This document shows positions 1 to 8,143 of a DNA stretch of 30,961 bases, piece by piece; the first letter of the stretch is position 1, and each line of letters begins with the position of its first letter. This DNA comes from Candidatus Hadarchaeota archaeon (GTDB taxonomy: Archaea; Hadarchaeota; Hadarchaeia; Hadarchaeales; Hadarchaeaceae), in NCBI GenBank assembly GCA_040755315.1, contig JBFMBF010000013.1, positions 1 through 30,961 on the forward strand, read 5' to 3'. Below the pieces are notes generated by a model. It searched no databases, had not been told where the DNA came from, and saw nothing but the letters and a program-made list of their open reading frames with translations. A program made the translations under genes and the position numbers.

Positions 1-191
1 TGAAGCAGGCGGCGAAGGACCTCATGAAGCTGAAGGGCGTGAAGTCGGTGCATGTGGTGACTGGCCCCTACGACATCATCGTTTTCGTTGAGGCGAAGGA
101 CCTTGACACGCTGAGCAGCACCGTGGTCGAGGAGATACACAAAGTCAAGGGAGTCGTCGACACCAACACAGCAATAGTCGTCGAAGTTTGA
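1..191 (+). CDS. Lrp/AsnC-family ligand-binding (RAM) domain protein, 5'-partial
   Basis: Not in the ORF track. Frame from position 3 reads KQAAKDLMKLKGVKSVHVVTGPYDIIVFVEAKDLDTLSSTVVEEIHKVKGVVDTNTAIVVEV* (TGA 189-191). VTGPYD and VxDTxT are RAM-domain motifs. Confidence 0.9.
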   Translation, partial: KQAAKDLMKLKGVKSVHVVTGPYDIIVFVEAKDLDTLSSTVVEEIHKVKGVVDTNTAIVVEV

Positions 192-248
192 AAGCGACGT
201 TGTGTTGTCCGCGAAATAACGTCAAACGAGATGAAGACATGTTAAAAG

Positions 249-653
249 GTGTCTACTTTGGGTGAGTCTAGGCTTCGGGATATCTCAAAGTTTGCCGACC
301 GCTTAAAATTGGCAGCGATGATTTTTGCCATTTGCGCGATCGTTACATTTGTGGTAGCCGCGTACTTGGCCACCATCAGATGGCAGCTTTCTTTAGTAAC
401 AGGAGCGGACGTGACGGGAATTATACTGAGCTTGGACAGCGCAATATCAATATTTGTTTTGGTTGGGGTCATGCTGGTTTTCAATATTGTGCTTGCTTGG
501 CACTGGGCAAATAAGATTGAAAACATCATGGATGAAGCCGAAGACGAAATCGGCGCAGTTGCAGTAAGACGAGCGGTAAGGGAAATACGGAAGAAAACTT
601 CGGTTCCATGTTCAGCGCCGGTCCACGGCGAAACTAATAGGAAAAAAGACTAA
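249..653 (+). CDS. hypothetical two-TM membrane protein
   Basis: 134-aa ORF with two long hydrophobic segments and a charged C-terminal helix; start uncertain. Confidence 0.55.
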   Translation: MSTLGESRLRDISKFADRLKLAAMIFAICAIVTFVVAAYLATIRWQLSLVTGADVTGIILSLDSAISIFVLVGVMLVFNIVLAWHWANKIENIMDEAEDEIGAVAVRRAVREIRKKTSVPCSAPVHGETNRKKD

Positions 654-691
654 TAGGAAAAAGTATTAATAGGAAAAAAGACTAAGAAAAG
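635..691 (+). repeat. 16-bp tandem repeat x3 plus a partial copy (TAATAGGAAAAA-AGAC/GTAT)
   Basis: Units: 635-650 taataggaaaaaagac, 651-666 taataggaaaaagtat, 667-682 taataggaaaaaagac, then taagaaaag directly before the ATG at 692. Confidence 0.9.
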
Positions 692-1813
692 ATGAAACCC
701 ATGTTCGGAACCCCGGTTTCAGGCGGCGAATTCTTCGACAGAAAAACGCTGCTGAACGAACTAAAGAGAAACATCCATCATGCCCACCACGCCCTGATTG
801 GCCCGCGCGGATGTGGAAAATCATCCGTGCTTGAGCAACTCGCGGCAATGGAGCAGGTTAACAACCTGGTCCCACTGCGTATAGACATCAACAAAGTCGT
901 GCCCAAGACCCAGCGGAACGTGATTAAAACCATCGGGAAGGAAGCGCTCTATGCGGCGGTAAGAGAAAAGGGATTCATTCGTAGCATGCCCACGCTCGCC
1001 AAAGACAAAATGGCCAAAATGACGGATTTCGTGAGAGACAACCTCCGGGTAAAAATATCGGACTGGGTCACCCTCTACTTCGACCCGGACGCCGACCTCA
1101 CGGAGTTTATCGAAAATACGTTCTCCACCATCGAGTCGTATGGAATCGGGCTGCTGGTAATGCTTGACGAAGTCACCAGCATCATAAGGATATCCGGGTC
1201 GAAACCGAAGGACGAAGACATGGACTTTTTTGATGCGTTGAGAAGCCATATTTCCAAGGCGAAGAACGCCAACTATATCTTCTGCGGTTCCCAGGTCGGA
1301 CTCATGGAACTGTTGATCAAGGCGAAGTTCGGCCGAATGCTCGTCCCAAAAGAGGTGGGTGGCCTAGAGGAAGACGGGGCGAGAGAACTTGTTTTTAGCA
1401 AAATCAAACAAAGAGTGCCGACCGAGTTCATGGCCGAACTCAAAGAACGAACGCATCTCTGGCCCCTATATCTACAGGCATATTGCCTTGCGGCGAACGT
1501 CCGTGGCGGGAAACTCGACACTCCGGCGGACTTGGAAGCGGATGCTTTCGGCTTCCTCCGCGGACACTTTCTGTACCTTGAAAGCATGGTGAGCGAGCTA
1601 GAGCTGATGGTTCTCCTAACGCTTGGCGACGGCAGGGTAAGCGGCATCGCATCGAGGCTTGGAACGTCGTATTACGCCGTCCAGTCTGCCCTCAAAACGC
1701 TTGACCTGAAAGGCTTTGTGAAGAAGCTCTCGCCCGGAACCTACGCACCCTTGGACCCCATGTTTTCGGCATGGCTGAAGAGGGAGTACGAATCCCCAGA
1801 GGCGTGGAAGTGA
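692..1813 (+). CDS. archaeal P-loop ATPase (ATPase_2/STAND-like) with C-terminal winged helix
   Basis: N-terminal FGTPV..FFDR..L motif, Walker A GPRGCGKSS, Walker B LVMLDE, IFCGS sensor, and a C-terminal wHTH ending in the DPMFSAWLK motif. Confidence 0.85.
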   Translation: MKPMFGTPVSGGEFFDRKTLLNELKRNIHHAHHALIGPRGCGKSSVLEQLAAMEQVNNLVPLRIDINKVVPKTQRNVIKTIGKEALYAAVREKGFIRSMPTLAKDKMAKMTDFVRDNLRVKISDWVTLYFDPDADLTEFIENTFSTIESYGIGLLVMLDEVTSIIRISGSKPKDEDMDFFDALRSHISKAKNANYIFCGSQVGLMELLIKAKFGRMLVPKEVGGLEEDGARELVFSKIKQRVPTEFMAELKERTHLWPLYLQAYCLAANVRGGKLDTPADLEADAFGFLRGHFLYLESMVSELELMVLLTLGDGRVSGIASRLGTSYYAVQSALKTLDLKGFVKKLSPGTYAPLDPMFSAWLKREYESPEAWK

Positions 1814-1851
1814 CCACAACAAGCTTATTTTGAAACATGGAGATGATGTGA

Positions 1852-2751
1852 ATGTTCAAAAAGCCACTCACAGGCATCGCCGCGTCCCTGGTCGTCTTCT
1901 CCGCCACAATCATTGCCCTGAACCTGACCCTCCGCTGGCCGAACTCCCCCTTCACGCTGGGCGTCGCGCTCTTCATCTCATGGTTCATTGGGGCGGCCGC
2001 ATATAGCAAGATCTCGGACGGGAACAGGCGGGGCGGGATCCCGGTCACGGCCATCGCTCTGGCCCTGGCGGCCGGCACGCTGGTGGCGGGCGTGCCGTGG
2101 GACGTGGGGTGGAGGCTCGTGGCGCCAGCACAGATTGAGCAGGAGAACGTCTGGTTCAAGATGCAGGCGTACTTCATGTACCGGGGGCCGGAGAACGGCG
2201 GGCCAGCCGAGAACGTCGTAATATGGTTTCCATATCCCAAAGTCGAAAACTCACCAATCTTTACTCACTACGACACCCCAGGCACGCTTGTGATTTGGGC
2301 ACTGTATTACCAAGAGAACGATAACACCCTCACCAGACAGCAGGATTTTTATCGCGTATATGGGTTCAGAGGACAACGAAGCGAAAATCTGAACGATTTG
2401 CTCGGCGGGCCTACGCTAACACAAGATGGGCCCCAACTATTCCGACTAGTCGATAAGCTTTATCCGCGGGAAGTGCTATGGGTCGACGTTCTTGTGTACA
2501 CACAAAGAGAAAACGAAAACAAAGTAACATTGCGAATTTATGGAGACAATAAGAGTGGTGCCCAATATTGGTATCCTTGGAATCCCAATTTACCAGCAGA
2601 AAACCAAAGCATGGGCACCCCGATAGACGTTTCATATTGGGCGCAGCTGTCAAGGAGAAAGCCCGAAGAAGAAAACTATAATATAATCGAAACTTTTAGC
2701 CGTAGTAAAGATAACGCTGCCATGTTTGGACAGTGGCTTTATCCATCGTAA
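1852..2751 (+). CDS. hypothetical membrane-anchored protein (3 N-terminal TM segments plus soluble domain)
   Basis: 299-aa ORF with three hydrophobic segments, followed by a Trp/Tyr/Asn-rich domain. Confidence 0.7.
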   Translation: MFKKPLTGIAASLVVFSATIIALNLTLRWPNSPFTLGVALFISWFIGAAAYSKISDGNRRGGIPVTAIALALAAGTLVAGVPWDVGWRLVAPAQIEQENVWFKMQAYFMYRGPENGGPAENVVIWFPYPKVENSPIFTHYDTPGTLVIWALYYQENDNTLTRQQDFYRVYGFRGQRSENLNDLLGGPTLTQDGPQLFRLVDKLYPREVLWVDVLVYTQRENENKVTLRIYGDNKSGAQYWYPWNPNLPAENQSMGTPIDVSYWAQLSRRKPEEENYNIIETFSRSKDNAAMFGQWLYPS

Positions 2752-2761
2752 CCAATCAACC

Positions 2762-3304
2762 TTAATCTTTAATCTTAATCATTATCAACGTTTGAGTCGT
2801 GAATGGTTCAATGGGCACGGTCCCCACATCCGTCCACGTCCCCGGAGCAGTTTTTAGCCACAAGATGTGCTGCGCTTGGCCGTCAACAATTCTGAAATCC
2901 TCATACACCCACCCGGAGCCAATTGCGGCGGTTGCGCCGTACCTGCTCCCGCTGTTCCCGGTGTCGACGGCAACATAATACCAGGAGTCCACCGACCGAA
3001 CGGGCATCAAGGTGGCGCGGACGATCGCAACCGGGGGCTCTGGAATGATGGGCACATTCTCCGGCTGCGGCACATGCGGGTCAATGTAAATATTGTCCTT
3101 TTGCACCTTGTATCCGTAGTCCGGCGGCTTCGGGGCGGTGGTCAGCTCCAGGTTCTCCTCCAATGTCTCGACCAGGCGCCAGCCGCCCTTGTACAATGAG
3201 TAGGCCTTGACAGTGACGACGGTGCGGCCGGATCCGAATGAGTGGGAGGGTGCCAAGCGAAGGCGTGTCTCGAGCCTGCCCGCGGGGCTCCCGGCGAAGC
3301 GCAT
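2762..3304 (-). CDS. hypothetical protein, possibly a 5'-truncated fragment of a surface protein
   Basis: 180-aa ORF with beta-strand-like, Trp/Tyr-rich sequence. The frame stays open upstream of the ATG up to the tRNA-Gln 3' end, and no SD is evident. Confidence 0.5.
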   Translation of the reverse strand: MRFAGSPAGRLETRLRLAPSHSFGSGRTVVTVKAYSLYKGGWRLVETLEENLELTTAPKPPDYGYKVQKDNIYIDPHVPQPENVPIIPEPPVAIVRATLMPVRSVDSWYYVAVDTGNSGSRYGATAAIGSGWVYEDFRIVDGQAQHILWLKTAPGTWTDVGTVPIEPFTTQTLIMIKIKD

Positions 3305-3408
3305 GTGCGAGTTGTCCAGTGTTGCCGCGACTACTTCCGACGAGGCCTCGAGGCGGGGGCTCCAAAATAGTGGCGCGGCCGCATTGGTGTCGCAGATTAA
3401 TTGGTTGG

Positions 3409-3520
3409 TGGTAGCCCCGGTCGGATTCGAACCGACGTCGACGGGTCCAGAATGCGGCCCTAGCGGTGCCCGCCAGGATTGACCGTTGGGCCCAGTTTTG
3501 CTGGTCTACCCCACGGGGCT
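3409..3520 (-). tRNA. tRNA-Gln(CTG) with two non-canonical introns (15/16: 3486-3505; 32/33: 3452-3467), CCA encoded
   Basis: Spliced form: AGCCCCG TG GGGT AG^CGGTCAA TCCT G GCGGG C^T CTG GA CCCGT CGAC GTCGG TTCGAAT CCGAC CGGGGCT A CCA. A1-U72 is typical of archaeal tRNA-Gln, and both inserts form BHB-type motifs. Confidence 0.92.
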
Positions 3521-3679
3521 ACACTATTTAACTCCTTATTAACAGCATTAATCTCTTTGCATCGCTTGTACGACATCAATATATTGAGCAGTTTCGTCTG
3601 TTTTGATTGCATGCCAATACCCTTGCCCATCTAAACAGCAGGCTAAATATGAGCTATCCCCAATATACAGAAGGTGCAA

Positions 3680-5179
3680 ATGGCAGGCAGAAAAGTAACG
3701 GTCTTGGACACGACCCTTAGGGACGGGGAGCAGACTCCGGGAGTAGCCCTTACTTCCGAGCAGAAGCTGGAGATTGCGCGCGCACTGGACGAGCTCGGCG
3801 TGGACATGATAGAGGCCGGAGTTGCCATATCATCAGAGGGGGAAAGAAAAGCGATAAAAAACATTTCAAAGGCCGGGCTGGACGCAGAAATCTACAGCTT
3901 TTCGAGGGCCCGCAAGGAAGATGTTGACGCAGCCCTATCATGCGACGTTGATGGCATTCACCTCGTCGTCCCCACGTCAGACATTCACCTGAAGTACAGG
4001 CTCAAGAAATCCAAGCAGGAGATAACAAAGATGGCCTATGACACGGCGGAGCACGCGATTGACCACGGCCTTCGCGTGGAGTTTTCCTCAGAGGACGCGA
4101 GCCGGACGGATCCAGTGTTTCTGAGGAAGCTTTTTTCCAGTGCAGTTAAACTTGGCGCGCACAGGGTGTGTGCCTGCGACACAGTCGGCGTGCTAACACC
4201 GGAGACGTCAAGGAAGTTATACTCAGACCTGGCGAGCAAGCTGAAGGTTCCTGTGGCCGTTCACTGTCATAACGACTTCGGACTGGCGACGGCGAACACT
4301 TTGGCTGGCGTCGAGGGCGGGGCCAGGGAGGTCCACGTTACGGTCAATGGTCTGGGCGAAAGGGGAGGCAACGCACCCCTCGAGGAGGTTGTGCTGGCGC
4401 TGGACCAGTTCAAAGGCATCCGGACGGGAGTGAAGATGAACAGGTTATACCACACCTCAAAACTCGTGGAACGCCTTACCGGACTTCCTATTTCATCAAA
4501 CAAGCCTGTCGTTGGGGAGAATGCGTTTACACACGGTGCGGGCATCCACACCCACGGGGTTCTTATTTACCCGCCGACTTACGAGCCGATACCCCCTGAA
4601 AAAGTCGGCCAGACCAGGAAGCTAGTCTTCGGGAAACATGTTGGTTCACACGCCATCGAGAACGAGATGAAAAAGATGGGCCTAAATCCCACGAAGGAGC
4701 AGGTGGCCGATGTATTTGAGCAGGTCAAGCGCCTGGGGGATCAGGGCAAGCTCGTGACCGACACAGAACTCCGGGCCGTAGTTGACTCTGTCATGGGCCG
4801 CAGTTTTGAGGAGATGGTTCAACTCCTGGAACTTACGGTCCTGAGCGGCAACAAGGTAACGCCGACTGCCTCCGTCAAGGTGAGGTTTGGGGACAAGGAG
4901 GTAACGAAGTCCGGCGTTGGAATCGGCCCCGTTGACGCGGCGATGCACGCCATACGAGAGGTGGTGGAGGGGATTTCAAAAATTCGCCTGCAAGAGTACC
5001 ACGTTGATGCGATCTCGGGAGGGACGGACGCCGTGGTCAACGTTGTCGTCAAGCTAACAGATGGTAAGAGGATAGTCACGGCGAGAGGCACCAGTGGGGA
5101 CATAATAATGGCGAGCGTCCAAGCGATGGTCAACGGCGTCAACCGGCTGCTTTGGGACAAGAGGGCTGGAGGGTCCTGA
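3680..5179 (+). CDS. cimA: (R)-citramalate synthase (LeuA/CimA family, DRE-TIM metallolyase with LeuA allosteric domain)
   Basis: Motifs [27 protein letters not shown] and [16 protein letters not shown] resembles methanococcal CimA more than LeuA. SD aaggtg precedes the ATG at 3680. Confidence 0.75.
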   Translation: MAGRKVTVLDTTLRDGEQTPGVALTSEQKLEIARALDELGVDMIEAGVAISSEGERKAIKNISKAGLDAEIYSFSRARKEDVDAALSCDVDGIHLVVPTSDIHLKYRLKKSKQEITKMAYDTAEHAIDHGLRVEFSSEDASRTDPVFLRKLFSSAVKLGAHRVCACDTVGVLTPETSRKLYSDLASKLKVPVAVHCHNDFGLATANTLAGVEGGAREVHVTVNGLGERGGNAPLEEVVLALDQFKGIRTGVKMNRLYHTSKLVERLTGLPISSNKPVVGENAFTHGAGIHTHGVLIYPPTYEPIPPEKVGQTRKLVFGKHVGSHAIENEMKKMGLNPTKEQVADVFEQVKRLGDQGKLVTDTELRAVVDSVMGRSFEEMVQLLELTVLSGNKVTPTASVKVRFGDKEVTKSGVGIGPVDAAMHAIREVVEGISKIRLQEYHVDAISGGTDAVVNVVVKLTDGKRIVTARGTSGDIIMASVQAMVNGVNRLLWDKRAGGS

Positions 5180-5475
5180 TGCCAAAGTTCGCGCCCGAGG
5201 AAGATATCGAGCGGCTCCGCCTACCCAAGTCGGGTGAGGTTCTTGGTATGGTGGAGCAGATGTTTGGCTTCGACAGGGCTCGCGTGCGTTGCAGGGATGG
5301 ACACGTCAGGAATGGCAGGATAAAAGGAAAGATAAGGAAGCGCCTTTGGGTGCGCGAGGGGGATGTGGTCATAGTGCAACCCTGGCCTGTTCAGGGAAAT
5401 GAGAGAGGGGACATACTCTACCGCTACACGCGCACGCAAGTCGAATGGCTGAGGAGAAAGGGTCTCTGGGAGTAG
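5179..5475 (+). CDS. eif1a: translation initiation factor aIF-1A
   Basis: [51 protein letters not shown] overlap with the cimA stop. Confidence 0.95.
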   Translation: MPKFAPEEDIERLRLPKSGEVLGMVEQMFGFDRARVRCRDGHVRNGRIKGKIRKRLWVREGDVVIVQPWPVQGNERGDILYRYTRTQVEWLRRKGLWE

Positions 5476-6251
5476 AGTCCCGATTGTCGCCCAATCTTGA
5501 ATCTTTCCTGCGAGGACTGGATCGCCGCAAATTTGAGCGCCTCAAAAAGGACTCTGAAACTTACAAAATCATGGAGCGGGTCTTCGACAGCTCAACTCTC
5601 CTTACCTTGTATCACATGATGAACACGGATGTCTTCGACCTCTTCGGCGGCGCAGTCTCAACCGGGAAGGAGGCCAACATTTTCTATGCTCTGGATAAAA
5701 ACAAAAAATATGTGGCAATCAAAATCTACCGCCTGGCCACCTCGGACTTCAAGAGTATGCACCGCTACCTAGCCGCCGACCCAAGATTTGAGGGGATTTC
5801 AAATGACAGGAGAGCCGTCATCTCGGCTTGGGCCTCGAGGGAGTTCAGGAACCTGAAGCGCGCGGTGGAGGCGGGAATCCCGGCCCCGAAGCCGATAGAC
5901 CAGGAGAGGAATGTTTTGGTGATGGAATTTCTTGGGAAGAGAGGGACCCCTTATCCCAGAATGAAAGACATCAGGCCAAAAGACCCGAAGAAAGCCTTTG
6001 AGAGTCTCATTAGCTCCGTTAAGCTTCTCTATCAGAAAGCCAAGCTCGTTCATTCTGACCTGAGTGAATACAATGTTCTTTTGACTCCTGAGCCAGCGAT
6101 TATAGACTTTTCCTTGGGGACGGATGTCAGGAACCCGATGGCGGACGAGCTTCTCCTGCGCGACATCGAGAAGCTTGTCAAGTACTTCAGGAAGCTTGGT
6201 GTGGAAACAAAAGAACCAGTGGAGCTGTTTGATGAAATCCGTAAGTCATAG
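5445..6251 (+). CDS. rio1: RIO1-family serine/threonine kinase
   Basis: STGKEANIF, AIKIYR, LVHSDLSEYNVL, IIDFS; conserved aIF-1A-rio1 linkage. An alternative TTG start lies at 5484. Confidence 0.93.
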   Translation: MAEEKGSLGVESRLSPNLESFLRGLDRRKFERLKKDSETYKIMERVFDSSTLLTLYHMMNTDVFDLFGGAVSTGKEANIFYALDKNKKYVAIKIYRLATSDFKSMHRYLAADPRFEGISNDRRAVISAWASREFRNLKRAVEAGIPAPKPIDQERNVLVMEFLGKRGTPYPRMKDIRPKDPKKAFESLISSVKLLYQKAKLVHSDLSEYNVLLTPEPAIIDFSLGTDVRNPMADELLLRDIEKLVKYFRKLGVETKEPVELFDEIRKS

Positions 6252-6303
6252 AACAACTGAGTTCGTCCGATAATAAACTTCTGAAAAACCCAAAATTTTC
6301 GCC

Positions 6304-6311
6304 TTTAAATA
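6304..6311 (+). promoter_or_regulatory. TATA-like box upstream of the orphan tRNA-like element
   Basis: TTTAAATA in the rio1/rps10 intergenic region; orientation ambiguous. Confidence 0.4.
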
Positions 6312-6440
6312 GCCCAGACACTCAAAACTTTGGCGAGAAATGGCACGCGCTAAACCAAGTGAAACAAAAAATCCCGCGGGGTAAACCACGGGACAACCTG
6401 CAACCCTGCTAACCTGTGGGGGAGGTACAGAGGCTGAAGT

Positions 6441-6468
6441 CCGGGTTCAAATCCCGGCGGGCCCGCCA
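6441..6468 (+). other. orphan tRNA 3' fragment (T-arm, acceptor 3' strand, G73, CCA); Arg/Lys-like
   Basis: CCGGG TTCAAAT CCCGG CGGGCCC G CCA. No GGGCCCG 5' acceptor strand, D-arm or anticodon arm is found upstream. Confidence 0.75.
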
Positions 6469-6480
6469 CATTCAAAAGTG

Positions 6481-6795
6481 TCACGTCTTAAGCTCGACCT
6501 CAATCGAGACCTCTTCAGGAACCTGTACCCTCATGAGCTGCCTGAGGGCTCGGTCGTCAGCCTGGATGTCAATGAGCCGCCGGTGTATTCTCATCTCCCA
6601 GCGGTCGAAGGTCGGCGTCCCCTCAGCGTCGGGAGATTTCCTGTTTGTTATCTTGATTTTCTTTGTTGGAAGTGGAACCGGCCCCACATAGGACACGCCG
6701 GCCCGCTCGGCTATCGCCTTTACTTGGTTGCATATCTCTCCGAGCTTTTGTATGTCGGTGCTCGAGAGTTTTATCCGTGCTTTCTGCAAGTGCAT
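6481..6795 (-). CDS. rps10: 30S ribosomal protein uS10
   Basis: [39 protein letters not shown]. Confidence 0.97.
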   Translation of the reverse strand: MHLQKARIKLSSTDIQKLGEICNQVKAIAERAGVSYVGPVPLPTKKIKITNRKSPDAEGTPTFDRWEMRIHRRLIDIQADDRALRQLMRVQVPEEVSIEVELKT

Positions 6796-6827
6796 CCCAC
6801 CTAATTACGGGGCGTGAATAAAAAGAC

Positions 6828-8093
6828 CTACTTTGCAGGGGTTGAGTCTATGCAAACGCCTGCGGCCACCGTCATCCCCATGTCTCTAATGGCAAACCTG
6901 CTCAACTGAGGTACCTCAGTGGCCTTTTCTAGTACCATCGGCTTTGTCGGTGTCACAAGGATGGTGGCCAAGTCCCCCTTCTTTATGAATTCTGGTTTAT
7001 CCTGGAGCGGCTCGCCAGTCTTGGGGTCAAGCTTGTTCACGATTTCAGTTAACGTGCAGGCAACTTGGGCAGTGTGTGCATGGAAAACCGGAGTGTATCC
7101 TGCCGCGACAGCTGTTGGGTGCTGGAGTACAGCAATCCTCGCTTTGAACTCCTTCACAACTTTTGGGGGCGTCTGCGGGTGCCCGATAACGTCTCCCCTC
7201 TTGACGGCCGCCTTATCCACTCCCCTAACGTTGAACCCTATGTTGTCCCCAGGCTCAGCCTTCTGGATCTGCTCGTGGTGCATCTCTATGGACTTGACCT
7301 CGCCTGTGACTCCAGCAGGCTCAAAAATTATCGTGTCTCCCACTTTTATCACGCCGGTCTCCACTCTCCCCACCGGCACAGTCCCGACGCCAGTTATTGA
7401 GTAAACGTCCTGGATTGGCAGCCTGAGAGGTTTGTCGAGAGGCTTCTCCGGCACCGTGAAGGTGTCCAAAGCCTCGTAAAGTATTGGCCCGGTGTACCAC
7501 TTCATCTTCTCGCTCTTCTTGCTTATGTTTTCCCCATTGAACGCGGATATTGGCACGAAAGTGAACTTTTCAGGGGCCCTGTGCCCGACAGCCTTCAGGA
7601 GATCAATTATTTCAGCCTTGAGCTTGTTGAAGACATCCTGCCTGTACTCCACAAGGTCCATTTTGTTTATCGCGACCACCAACTGCGCCACGCCAAGGGT
7701 GAATGAAAGAGCAGCGTGCTCCCTCGTCTGCGGCATTATCCCGTCGTCGGCCGCCACCACCAGCACCGCGGCGTCCGCCTGGCTGGCCCCGGTAATCATG
7801 TTCTTGACAAAGTCCCTGTGGCCAGGGGCATCGATTATCGTGAAGTAATACTTTTCAGTTTCAAATTTCTTGTGCGCCAAATCTATCGTGAGCCCCCTCT
7901 CCCTCTCCTCTTTCAGGGCGTCCATGACCCAGGCAAACTTGAAAGATTTACCCTTGTCCCCCATCGCCTCATACTTTTTGACTTCCTCCTCCTTGACGAC
8001 GCCTTTCTCGAAGAGCAACCGCCCCATTGTGGTGGACTTTCCGTGATCGACGTGACCTATCGTCACAAGGTTCATGTGTGGTTTTGCTGCCAT
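6828..8093 (-). CDS. tuf: translation elongation factor aEF-1alpha
   Basis: [44 protein letters not shown] gaggtg precedes the ATG at 8093. Confidence 0.98.
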   Translation of the reverse strand: MAAKPHMNLVTIGHVDHGKSTTMGRLLFEKGVVKEEEVKKYEAMGDKGKSFKFAWVMDALKEERERGLTIDLAHKKFETEKYYFTIIDAPGHRDFVKNMITGASQADAAVLVVAADDGIMPQTREHAALSFTLGVAQLVVAINKMDLVEYRQDVFNKLKAEIIDLLKAVGHRAPEKFTFVPISAFNGENISKKSEKMKWYTGPILYEALDTFTVPEKPLDKPLRLPIQDVYSITGVGTVPVGRVETGVIKVGDTIIFEPAGVTGEVKSIEMHHEQIQKAEPGDNIGFNVRGVDKAAVKRGDVIGHPQTPPKVVKEFKARIAVLQHPTAVAAGYTPVFHAHTAQVACTLTEIVNKLDPKTGEPLQDKPEFIKKGDLATILVTPTKPMVLEKATEVPQLSRFAIRDMGMTVAAGVCIDSTPAK

Positions 8094-8130
8094 CTTCTGC
8101 ACCTCTCGCTATTTTTCCTCCTCATAACCG

Positions 8131-8143
8131 TATAAAAAGGTTT
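8131..8143 (-). promoter_or_regulatory. putative internal BRE/TATA promoter for tuf (may double as a T-rich terminator of rps7)
   Basis: Minus strand reads aaacctttttata, about 40 nt before the tuf ATG. Confidence 0.5.

Noticed and set aside
635..691. Possible CRISPR mini-array
   Set aside because: The units are 16 bp and contiguous, with no spacers and no cas genes.
3356..3368. 13-bp match (ggggctccaaaat) to the rpoH leader near 17308-17320, both near tRNA 3' ends
   Set aside because: The match is short and in opposite orientation relative to the tRNAs, so it is likely chance.
6371..6442. Resemblance to a group I intron core (GACAACCTGCAACC ~ Q, GGTACAGAGGCT ~ R, AGTCC ~ S)
   Set aside because: There is no 5' P4 strand and only 2 nt between the R-like and S-like pieces, leaving no room for P3'/P8. 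A covariance-model search would settle it.
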